A DNA stretch of 61,918 nt, the filler included, from Choristocarpus tenellus KU-1152 (Eukaryota > Protista > Phaeophyceae): assembly GCA_964200185.2 (NCBI GenBank). It is 14 parts of 14 records of this genome, joined end to end, with 100 filler letters (N's around TTAATTAATTAA, not from the genome) between each part and the next. Parts side by side here need not be neighbours in the genome. Positions count along the whole stretch, not along the records: positions 13,069 to 15,602 come from CAXNAD020026985.1; positions 15,703 to 23,157 come from CAXNAD020006130.1; positions 23,258 to 27,599 come from CAXNAD020015021.1; 11 more parts are not named here. One strand, written 5' to 3'. Positions 13,209-24,918 of this stretch are shown piece by piece. The notes under the pieces were generated by a model, which did not search any database, had not been told where the DNA came from, and saw only the letters and a program-made list of their open reading frames with translations. The position numbers and the translations under genes were made by a program. Every line of letters starts with the position of its first letter. Position 1 is the first letter of the stretch.

Positions 13209-15311
13209 CTCGAGATGACCTCTACCAACAGCCCAGTGCAAGGCCTTCTCTGTCGCACCCTCTGAACGGTTATCAAAAAGCCAGCAGACCACATCAAGGT
13301 GGTTGTTCATTGCTGCGCGATCCATAGCAGAAGTTGTGCATCCCTCCCTCCTAAATGTTGTGAGCATTGGGTATGGCAGTGTAGTTGGCAAGTGTACATA
13401 TCTTTGTCTCAGATGGAAATGATTAACGCATTTGAGGTGCATCGCCATACTTATCACAATACTTATGATGACGCCGAGGGGGTGGAGAACAAGGGATATA
13501 GGATGTCATGGTCCTGACAATACTTCCCATTTGCAGGCAGTTACCATTAATGATACCACAATTAATCCAACTATCCAACAGAGTTTTGGACACACATTAA
13601 GAATATAAATTCTTTTGCGTCAAGTTTATGTATAAGTAACGCACAGCCTGTTCTTGGGTGTGCAGTTGTTTGAGATTAATCCCAAAAAATTCTGTAGAGG
13701 TCTAGAGTAAGTTTCTGAGGAAGAAGACCTCTGTCAGGAAGTAGCCCCTACAGGAGGCAGCCGTCCTACTCATGTTCTTCTTTATGTTGCATTGAGCATG
13801 CGACTACCTGTTTTCATGAAGCCATTTGACGACATGGAGGTGCCCTCCCTCTGCAGCCCAGTTCATGGCTGAAACCGTGCATCCTTCCTTGCGATTGTGA
13901 TGCAACCACGTCACAACTTGTAAGTGACCCTTAGCAGCTGCCCAGTCCTATGCTTCAATTAACGTGTGTCACATCAAAATAGTGTGGACTTACCATGGTG
14001 CGAGGAAAAGCTACAACAGAGCACTTAGCATGCGAGAGATACAGCAACATTCCAGTGATGGACATACGGAAGGTTTATCTATCAACACCGTTCCAAGCAA
14101 TATTAAGTTTTAAGTGTTTGCATTGATTTTCCGCCAAATACCCTTGACAGTGCCATTCCTAATGCTAGTGTTTGTTTGCGAGTGGATGTGATTCCCATGC
14201 ATTTCTGGGAAATATTCAATATGAAACATTTTGCAATACTCAGGCAGAGTATGGAAATATACCGTTGATTGCAACAACAAAAAAGTAGGTCCCACTTCAT
14301 ATCTTCATTTTTGCTTTGAACAGTCGTTTTCTCATCACAAAGGGCAGCAACCTAATTTTCTTATCTTACCATGGCGGCTTTAGTCGCGCCCTCCGTCCTA
14401 TGCTTATGAAGCCACTTGACAACATCCAGATGACCTGCCGCAGCAGCACTGTCCATTGCGTCCTGAGTTCCAGTGGTCACCACACGTAAAGTTAATGCTT
14501 CTGCAGAAAGCATAATGCCATCAGGAACATCATACAAACCCATCTGCTAGATGAGTCCATATGCCTCCTTCTACTGGGAAATTGAATCCTAAACCCTCTA
14601 ATACTCCGAGCAATGCATCAATATCCGAAAGGGTGCACAACGACGAATTCTTTATTACAGCTGTGTCTATTTTGTAGAGTCCATGGGCAACAGGAAGTAT
14701 GAGCAGGACTCACTGACACACACAGGTCACCCCCGCAGCAGTCCGTACCGTGGTGCAACCGTGACCCTCTCCACATAAAAAATCCAGAACCGCGATGAAG
14801 CGGTTCTTCGCAGCAAGATCCATGGCCTCATGGGTGTACTTGAAAGGCGATTTTTCCCAGACTGGCGCCTGTCCATCAAGGGTGGGGTTGAAAAGTGCAC
14901 ACGATCTGCATTCTGTACTGAAGTGTCGACAGAGTTCATATATCGATTCACGGACCAATTGCGGACTGAGATACAGACAGATACAACTCCCTCACACCTC
15001 TTGGGCAATTTTCATGAGGCCGAGGTGACCATATTCCGCGGCTCGGTTGCCATCTTCCGGAGTCCAATCTGCACCTTCAACGCCATCCTGGAAGGATCTC
15101 ATAAGTTCCCTACCAATTGACAGTGTAGAGGAGCGAGGTCTGGGCGGGGAGCTCTGAAAAGGGTTACAAATATATACACTGACTGCGCAATGGTTCCTCA
15201 CCAGACATTTTCGAGATCGAAGCCCCACTCCCCCTCGGGCACACTAATTCCTGGAGGTAGAAGGCATTGTCGTTGGTGGCGAAAACATGGACAGAGCGTC
15301 CTGAGACACAT
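13209..15311 (-). CDS. Ankyrin-repeat protein (stramenopile 'EGCT..AMD.AA..GHL.VV.WLH' type); 5' part of gene
   Basis: Exons 15311-15202 (MCLRTLCPCF...), 15109-14998, 14868-14749, 14462-14370, 13947-13808 and 13350-13209 splice in phase. Repeated units include AMDSAAAAGHLDVVKWLHKHRTEG and AMNWAAEGGHLHVVKWLHEN. The last donor is probably GC. Confidence 0.9.
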
Positions 15312-15702
15312 GGGATACACAAGGACTACTCGCAACTGCTTGCAGACAGTCGCAGAAAGAAAAAATCGAAATATTTGAAACCGTCAGCGCACCACCAATA
15401 TTTCTCCAAAGAAAGTGATTTGTGATTTGTCATGTGTGTTGGCTACAATGGAACATCATCAGAAATAAAAATATGGTATGATTGGCCATTGAATTGATCA
15501 TCACATTAAACAGAGGATTTTCAAAATTGAGGCAGGAGCAGGACTATGAGGTTGGTTGTTTTGCGAAGACTGTCTTAAAAAAGTACCTCAAGGTTTTTTT
15601 ATNNNNNNNNNNNNNNNNNNNNNNNNNNNNNNNNNNNNNNNNNNNNTTAATTAATTAANNNNNNNNNNNNNNNNNNNNNNNNNNNNNNNNNNNNNNNNNN
15701 NN

Positions 15703-15758
15703 CAAGCTCCAAATGGACAAACAGGGCAAAACTTGTACTCTCTAAGATACTTTCACTC
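15703..15758. mobile_element. MITE family A, partial (contig end)
   Basis: ...ggacaaacagggcaaaacttgtactctctaagatactttcactc. Confidence 0.75.
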
Positions 15759-16566
15759 ATGAGCAGCACTATCTTCCCCAGTGCTGGAGCTTTGCAGCTT
15801 GGCCATGACATTCAGTGCATGCGACAAGTACAAGTATTATCTTGCAAAATATTTTTCGTGCTATTGCATTTCTTTTTGCTGCTCTTCCTTGAGATTGATA
15901 TATGGGCATGCAGTGCAGATTTTTAAACTGCTGACCTTAGCCTTAGAGGGTTCGCATGCTGAATGAAAGAATAAAAACGTGCACAACAATAATCAGCTTT
16001 TCGAACCTCAAACTCAACAAATACACAAGTGCAACAGATCATTTAATGACAGATAGGTCGGATTGAAGCGAGGGGTCATTGAGCGAACGTTTCAAGTGGA
16101 AAAAAGAGAGAACGGTATGTTGTGAAGCTGGTGTCATGGCTTGTACCATGTGTTTTGTTTGGCTTTTGTCCACCCATACCCCCTACTTCTCCTCTAGACA
16201 ATTTTACTTGACCTATGATAATACCTCACATTCACCACAGCCATATTTTGTTGGGAAGACAATATTTGAACTTTTCCTTTTGTAGTTGCAGAGGTGCCAA
16301 GATTCTACCCAAAGGTCTTCCTCAATGTGTGCAATCAATTTCTTTGTTCTATTGTAGGCAACCGTGTAAATTGTGATTGCTGATTTAGGACACGTTGGGA
16401 GAGCAGCAAGATGTGAACAATGTGTCCAACCCAACTTAATTGAGTTCAAATCAACATTGAGTCCACCATTGATTTCTTAAACATCCCTGTTATCTCTTCC
16501 TTCCTGTTCCCCTCTGCCCGCTTGTACTCTTGTACTGCTTCACCTTGCTCTTGTGGTATGCTGTAG

Positions 16567-19500
16567 GAAGAGCCTGCCACCCCACGCCTTCTCCGCCTTT
16601 TGCTCGGTTGGATAAAGGAAATCCTAAAGGGTAGGGGGGGGCATCATGGTAGCGGTGCTGGAGCAGAAGCCAGCAGTGTGGAGTGGATTGCCCTTGCCGA
16701 GGAGGCTAAGCATTCTTTAGGTACGGGATAACTTCATAGCAGGTCATGTTGCACATCTCTATCACCAACACCCCACCACTCTGCCTCAACCGTGAGGAGT
16801 TAGTTCACTCGCATAGGAGGTTGACATTACCTCTTTCCTTGGTATATCCAGGTATGATAGCACGAGCATGTACTACTGCTCTCGCAAGAAATTTTTGAAA
16901 AGGGAGTGCAATGTGCTTTGACCGCTTTCTAGAGTCAACCTTCCTGCAATTTATTTTCAAGAGTTGAGAAGGAGAAGGATGCACAACACACCTGCCAAAG
17001 TAAGCAAAGAGTGGTGTCACCAAGAGGTATTGGAATTACTGGCTACCAAAAACAGAAACACATAACTTTGATATCATCAACAGGTTGATACCTATTACTT
17101 CATAAATCCACTCTTGAGTGCAAACTGGCGCACTTACTGGAGTTACACTGCCTTGTGTTTCAAGAGTAAAAAAAGGGTCTAGGGTTAATGCCATTCCGGA
17201 ATTGACTACTCCAGTTCCTGCTTCTACTTGAAGGATGCATGATGTATATCAATTAGCAATAGTGATTTCATCGGCTGAAGGGGTGTCACAGGTTGAAATG
17301 AAGTGGATCTTCAGGACCAAGAGGGTGAGTACACCTTATGAAGCCCAATGAATTGAGCAGGAATTTGGCCATGCCAAAGATCCTTGGAAATTCTTGAATA
17401 ATACCTCTTCTTTTGCACTAGGAATTTTTGGTAGCAACCTATAGTGCTCCAGCACAAGTCCTTGCTCCTGACATACAATAATTTAATATATCAGGCTCCC
17501 CTGCTGTTCATGCACCCAACACATCCAACTCCCTCACCCCCTTTTGACCTCATGCTCTGCACACCTTACGCCCTTTCCCAAAGATCCTGATCACTATATA
17601 TGCACAAACTCCGATATTTCTATTCAAACAAACAGCTGAATCGACAAACCCCCAATACATCTATCGTGTGTGTTTCATCAGTCGCATGGGATACGTTTCC
17701 AAGGGAACTGATAGCAGCACGCACATTGTGGAAGGCGCACCTTGATTTACTGTCACAGCTGGACGAGCTGTCCACATGCACGACCACTTTGCGTCTCGCT
17801 GAGCCGGAGGAGCATTTGGAGTCCTTCACAGAGCAACAGCGACGGTATGAAAGAGAAGCAAGATATGGGGGGATAGGCAAGCCTGACATTTGAGCGTAGA
17901 GTGGTTTCACCTGTAGTATTTTTGTGGGTGTGTACAATGGGCAACCAGGTGGCAATATCTCTCCCACCCAGCAAACGTGCATTTTGTAATCAATACTCCC
18001 ATCCTTGCAAATTTTGTATTCATGAAATTATGCTATGATGTGTCAAGCTGTCTCTATGTGTCCACTACAAACACTTTGTGTCAAGGAGTGCATAGTATTC
18101 CAACATTTGTTGTGTTAAGAGCCCTTTTAACACTCCTTCTGAAAGGTACAACGCCTTTGAATATTTCAACAGTGTCAAGTACTTCAACTCCATACAAGGT
18201 GCTATTACAACTTATACAATCTGATCCTATAGAATTCTAGAATCGCTTTGAAGAAATGTTTAACTGCCATCAAATTGGTCCAGTTGACTTCCCTAACGAT
18301 GAGAAAGGAGTGGAGTGAACTGACGTTGTGGCCAAGGTTTTTGTCCAGTTTTTTTTTTTCAAGTTTTTGTAAGGAGTGATTTGTTGGGGAAATACTAATT
18401 CTTTGTGGTCAGGGGAAAAGCTATCATTCCACAGCAGAAGTGATACAATCTCGGCCCAGGGAAATGCTATTAGGGTGGAAGGTTTTGGCAGAATGCACCA
18501 TAATGTATCTCTATTTGGACTATTATCTGCACGTCACTCTGAACCTGCACCGAGCTGATTTATTTTAAATATATCACCAGATCATGGCATATACTCATTG
18601 GTGAGTATGATCCGATTGAGGTGGCGAAGAGCAGACAATGAAGGATACCACGTTGCAGGCCCCTTACTGAAAGAGTTAAATGGATATGTCTGGTGTACGT
18701 CAGCATAAAACCTTTTCCTTTTGTTATGCTATGACTTCAAGTTTGCATAGGAGTTTTCCAGTGCTTTTTCTTGTCATTTTTCGTCACACTGTTTGACCGT
18801 AGATTAGCAAAGGACGATATTTATTGCAGTTAGATGGTGTGTGCCATCATTACGAAGTATATGCTAAAATGTCTCGCAGACAGAACAGTATTCTCAATTG
18901 TTGTAGGTCAATGTTTGAATCTGACATCTGAGAGGTTTGGTGATGGCAATGGATATATTAGTAAATGTCACTGTACTCAAACACAAGGTATGAAATATGA
19001 AAATATCACAAGCTGAAGTTCCGACGACCCCTTCCCCAAGACATTGCAGCTAGTCAAACAATTGTATATTCTATCTTTTGTAGAGCGTAGCCAATCACAT
19101 GTCTACCATAGATCAAACTGTGTGCACTCTGTGTAAATATCCTTGGGCCTCGGTTATGTGTACTTGTATACCTTGCCGTAATACGATATTAGCATCACAG
19201 GAATAGGATGTCTCCTGATCCAATTGGGACCTCTTTGCAGTAATTTTATGCTCACAAAATGGTAGCAAGACCATTCCCTCTACCGTCCCACAAATCACCA
19301 TTTTCGATGTCAGGTTCGTTGTAGCACAAGGAGAAGTGGAGCTTAGGCGAAGGGAGTTTGAGGTGGGGAGACAGGCATCAGCACACGACCTGGAGGCCAG
19401 CCGGGGTCGTCTCTCCTACCTCAACACACTAGCTCATGACAGGTGAGTGGGAATGCCATTGTCTTAGCATGACCTGGATCCCGGATCCCAGACCCCGGAT

Positions 19501-22500
19501 CCTGAAAGTGCTGGAATATACTTGGTGGTTCTTCGCCTGTACTTACTTTTTTTTCCATTACAATTGCATAAAGTGACTACTTTGGTCTCACACACCCTCT
19601 CTCTCCAGTTGCTGAAATATACATTCAAATCCAGTAGTATGAAGGTCAAAGTTCAAAGTATTGCTGTTGAAAGTATAAGGTAGCCAAAAGGTCATACAGG
19701 ACCCAAGCAATATGATAGTAACGAGACCCCCATAGTTATGTTTTTTTATTTTGGGGGGTGTTAGGGTTAGGGTTGTATGTGTGTATCACTATGGATATGG
19801 CATGGGGGTCTGGTTATTAACACATGGCTTGGGTCCTGTTTCACTCTCTCCATAAGGGAATGAGAAAGTGGTGGTGAAGAATTTGAACAAATGGTACTGT
19901 TTCCAGTAATCTTTCTTCTGACATGCATTAGCTCACTCAAACCTTTGTTTAATTCTTTTTTCGCGTGTTGCAATAGCTTTGAAATTTGATGCCATCGTAG
20001 GACACAATTGACACAATTTCAACAGCAATTGGAAAACTGTTGTGATTGGTAAACCCCAGCAAGTTCTTGGCATTTCCTGGCTGCGGGGGAGATGCATTTC
20101 TATGGATACTGGAAGCACAAAATTATTTGGATTGCACGACAATAATTCGGACCAAGGCAAACTTTGCAATACTTCGACGTTTCTGCTCTATTCTGTGTAA
20201 CCCACGTGTACCTCATGTGGTGGATTTGAAACTTGATCTCAAAGCAATTCCTGTCAAGGTAGTTGCTCAGAAGTATACGTCCAGAAAAGAGAATGCTTTT
20301 GCACGATTCTTGGGCAACGATTCATGTGTAAAGCAAGCTTACAATGTCTTGTATGATCTCTTTCGACTAGTGTTGGGTGCTGTACCACCTATGATAATAT
20401 GAACCGAAATGTATTGTTACAGGCGTCGGTCACCAACATCACGCACCTGCGTGGTGTGCCTGGATGAGCTACGGGAAGAGGTGGCAGTGATAGGATGTGG
20501 ACATGGCTTCCATCCAGAGTGAGACCTGGTGTTGTGAGGCCTTGAAGATGTGTCTTTGGTTTCATTGTGAGCACTGCTTGCTTAAATTACTTTTCCTAAA
20601 GTTAAGCCGCCATCAACCTCACCACCACTGCCCCTCTGTTCCCGCCACTTCCCCCATTGAAGTGGCACTGCATTAGTGGTAAGATCGCCACAAGTATTGC
20701 CATGCCCACACCTTCACTCCAGAATCATAGCATGAAAATGAGGAATTGATCACCAAAGGAAAGCTCATCACTTGATGACAATAACATAACCTCGGCTTAT
20801 ATTTATATCACTTCTGTGAATATCGTGCAATGTTCGTTGCAGGTATGTATGCACTGGAGATTATTTACCACATCCCAGAAGGCCTTACAATATGTAAATT
20901 ATTTGCCCAACTCAACCTGTATGACCTTGTCGACCAAGCAACAGCACAGTGTTTGTTGCCACTCTCAACTTCTAAATGCAGCAAGGTATCTTCAGTAAAC
21001 CCAAGTCCCACTGTGAAACTGAGGTTCTGCATTGCAGTGTCCTTTATTGTTCCTTCACCATAACTGCATTATTTGTGTTAGAGCCTCAACTGATCCTAAT
21101 CCCTCTCAAACTTTCTCCTGACCTGATGCACGAGATCAGGACATACCTAATTGTGAGGTATTTTATCTTTCTATTGTATAAGGATCCTTACCTCATTCAC
21201 TCACAAGCAAACCTTGCCTTGCCCGCCCACCAAACTCCACTTCGGCATCTCTCTCCATTAATGCTTTTACTTTGCTGCTGCTGTGATGACCTACACTTGA
21301 ATCAGATGTGTTGAGTTCATCCTGAAGGGGGGAAATGGAAAGAGCTTCAGGTACATCAGTGGATTGAATGAAAGGGTGGAATGGGGAAGGGTGGGGGGAA
21401 GAATAAGTATATTTCTCAATCGGTTGTGCTCCTTTTCTGGTATCGTACCCCCCCCCTCCATTTCCTTCCACCCTCACGATCTGCATTGTTTGTCTTTCCC
21501 TGCATATGGTGCTCTCAAAATGTTCCACAGTATCAGGACAGTTAAGGGCACAATAGAACACACGCACAAGTGGTTTTGTTGCAGCCCTCAACATGTACCA
21601 GAAGTAGCTCTCAGATAGTTAGGTGTCAAGTCTCAGGGAGGAAGGAACTTCTAATTTGTACTCTCGATAATGCAACAGCGTCAAAGAATGTCAGAAGTTT
21701 CGTGTTTCACCACACTCAAGCCCTGGCGCTTACATATGCACATGACTATGCTTAAACAACACAAAGCAGATGTCCTACATGCCGGAGATCTGTTCAGACA
21801 TCAGAGATATCCTATGCTTCTTCCTTGGATGGTGGAGATGGTAGTTCCTCCAGGTGAGGGGTGGGTATGTTTTAGGGTTAGGGTTAGGGTTAGCGTGAGG
21901 GTCGTACTATTATCCTCTGTATCTCCTGACTAATAATTGATTTTACGCAACAGAATCCTCAGTACTATACCTCTCTCGTTGTGCTTGAATAGATATGCAA
22001 TGTGTTTAGTCGTCCCCGTACCAACTTTTTTCCCTATCAGTAGACAAATGATGAAGATTTCCAGATGTTTGTGTATTCTCCACCCCTTGTTTCTCCCGAA
22101 TGGGATGCAAAAATGATTCTAGTCCCATTCTGAACGCGTGAATGTGCCACACTTGATGATCAAGAACCATCAGGTGTGTACTAGGTAACACTTGGTTTGA
22201 GAAACTTCTCCCACACGAAAAACACGTGCTCAAGGGGGTGGGAATCAGGTTCACTGTTGAAACTGACGCGGATAAGAAATTCCAAGGGCAAAATTAACCA
22301 GGCATGGCTTCATAGCAGTGCCAAGCAAAATGACCCTGCAGTATTGCCCCTGCGTATCCAAAAGACCACCCAACAAATATCGTATCTGTTGAAGTTCTAC
22401 GGGTTCGTGGGCGAACCATAAACACAAGCATTGAGGAGGGTTTTATATGAAGATTAAATTTCGATGTAGTTCATTTGTAATGCCTCTCAACACGTGATAT

Positions 22501-23003
22501 CACGTCAGCTCATCACCCAAGTCAGAATTTCATCTTGATAAATCCACTTTATTTTAGACTGCTGCAGTCAGTAATAAGAGTTTTGAAATGAGCAAAACAA
22601 TGGAAAAGGCATAGTTCATTCTGAATGGTTGTAAATGGAATTGTGTGTTAGGCTTTCTACAGGAGGTGTAAATATATAATATTGAAAGACTTGATTCCCA
22701 GTCCTGCAGTATTGAGTTCTTTGTTTCAGTGAACCAAGCGACTATGTCAGTTCATGTGGACAGTTTTTACGTTGAGAGGAGAAGAGAAACCCATGCAAGA
22801 AACAATCAAGTGCTTCTTGCTTGTGTTTTATCAACTCGTTGATGCTGTTGCTTGGGTGTCCATTGTTTTTTGGCCCTTCGTGCTGCGTGCATAATTTTGG
22901 TACTGATGAGCCCCTCCAATGCTTTTTTATCTCACAGATTGTCAGTGAAGGGAAGCTGGGGGACTAAGGTAGCGGCACTGGTAGGAGACATCATGGCACT
23001 AAG
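16567..23003 (+). CDS. SHPRH: SHPRH/IRC20-like SNF2 helicase-RING E3 ubiquitin ligase; internal exons including the RING finger
   Basis: In-phase exons 16567-16720, 17682-17844 (AWDTFPRELIAARTLWKAHLDLLSQLDELSTCTTTLRL), 19314-19442 (...SRGRLSYLNTL), 20423-20518 (CVVCLDELREEVAVIGCGHGFHPE), 21306-21350 (CVEFILKGGNGKSF), 21770-21853 (RCPTCRRSV) and 22938-23003 (VKGSWGTKVAALV). These match the SHPRH pre-RING helices, the RING and the 'VKGS.STKVEAVV' motif. Confidence 0.85.
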
Positions 23004-24013
23004 GTCAGCGCTCATTTTTTGTTATGGAATTGCACATGAGCTACTCAAGTTCCGCTGCAGCCTGCAGCTTTTCTATTTATGGACCGATTATATCGTATGA
23101 TTCTCCCCCATGTAGGTGCAAGAATACTGATGGACAGGCTCAAAGTATCTGGGGGGGNNNNNNNNNNNNNNNNNNNNNNNNNNNNNNNNNNNNNNNNNNN
23201 NTTAATTAATTAANNNNNNNNNNNNNNNNNNNNNNNNNNNNNNNNNNNNNNNNNNNNGTATTCCGAATCTTATTCTGCATCTTCTCAAAATGATCACTTC
23301 TTCTGTAAGGCTAACCTATGTGTTACTAATATTGTATATAGTTTGCACTTGTCAGAACTCGAGAAACAATCTTCACACCATGTGTCTGTTACAAATGTTC
23401 GTATTTCCTAAAACATGAGGAGAAAATGCTTGCGCTATTCGCCTGTAACAAATGCTCAAACTTTGTTGAAATACGAGAAGAAACGCTCACCCTATTCGCC
23501 TGTAACAGAACCTGTCGGCATGTTTCCATCTGCTTCACAGAAAGCGCTATATAATTTATACTATAATTTAGTGCTATGAAACCAAACTGGTGGAATGTTT
23601 CAATACAGATATGCTTTTCATCTCGAAAAGAACCCTCTTCGGAACATTAAGAGATCTATCTCCTCAAGATTTTTTAATTGCAAACAATGAAGTACAAATA
23701 CCGAAAGGAAACGCGACGTGCTCAGCTTTTGACCGTTTTGTACTATATGCCAGTTTTTCAATCTTTTCCAATCCTTCCATATTTCTATGGATGTGGGAAT
23801 TCGACTTCACAGTGTTGATTTCCCTCTTCATATTCTTTTTTTAATTTCGGTATAACTTGGAAATATCCCATTTGTGAAAAATGCCGAATTTTGCCCGTAT
23901 TTACCTGCATCTAAGAAATTGAACAGTGTGAGTGGGTACCTCTTGTGCGTTTCCCCTGAAATTGTAGATGGAGATATATTAGTAGTATACTGTACTAGAT
24001 AAATCGGGTTTGT

Positions 24014-24400
24014 GTCCACTTTGTTAATACACCGATTGAATGACGAATACTATTATGACGTCAATATATACACAAATAATATAAGTATGTAATAGAGTTC
24101 ATTGGTTTCCCCCTGACACATCTGCAAAATGTCAGAGGGCATAATAATAAAAATATAATGGAAGGGTAGGTGGAGTTATGTTTTTGGTGGTGGTTGGGGG
24201 TCGGTTTGTTGGCAATAGGCATTACAAAATGTGAGAGGGTATAATACAGTAACACAAAAAACTTTCCACTTTGTTAACACACCGATTGAATGACGAATGT
24301 TATTATGACGTCAGTTTATGTACAAATAATATAATGGAAGGGTAGGTGGAGTTGAGTTTTTAGGTGGTTGTTGGGGGTCGGTGTGTTGGGAATGGGCATT
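24014..24400. repeat. Imperfect direct duplication (250-bp offset) upstream of the epimerase gene
   Basis: tccactttgttaa-acaccgattgaatgacgaat--tattatgacgtca occurs at 24015 and 24265. Both copies are followed by a shared ataatggaagggtaggtggagtt...ggggtcgg block. Confidence 0.85.
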
Positions 24401-24918
24401 GATTGACTACTTGATATCTTTGTATTTCTTCAATTATAAAGATATCTTGCAAAGACTTGCCTGTTCCAGAGGGCCTTTGGGGGACAACTAACCATTTCAA
24501 AAACCTAGGGAGATTCGTAATAGGTTATGGTTCCATCTGTTTCCGAAGGGGTGCGGATTAAGTTTGGAAATATTTAGGTAATTAATTGCTTTGAGGTAAT
24601 GGGGTATTATCTGGTTTCCATACGGCGATTCTTTTTCGCTGTAGCACACTAAACGACCCATCACTCTCAATATATCCGTCCTTGGACTTCGATGGAACGA
24701 ATGCTTCTTTCTATATAGGAGATTGACATAGATCACACATCTGTGACCACACAACCACACCAACCCCCTTCGACGAAAAACGATAGTATTATTGTCACTG
24801 TTCCTGCAATCCACGACCAACTCCTCACACTACAAGCAGGCCCTCTCGTTGGAGAAGAGCTTCGTTGTGTGGACGGACAATCCGTGGGGCTGACCTACTA
24901 GCGGAGAGTATCTTTGCG

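Noticed and set aside
14992-14997. In-frame TGA in the ankyrin gene (AQEV*GSC) as selenocysteine or readthrough
   Set aside because: The TGA lies inside a GT-AG intron (14997-14869) whose removal restores the frame.
16000-18250. Minus-strand LINE/hAT/KDZ-like transposon fragments
   Set aside because: No coherent motif set. The region is better explained as plus-strand SHPRH exons and their introns.
20046-20402. 118-aa ORF as a nested gene
   Set aside because: It lies in an SHPRH intron, has no ATG start or recognisable domain, and the flanking exons splice in phase without it.
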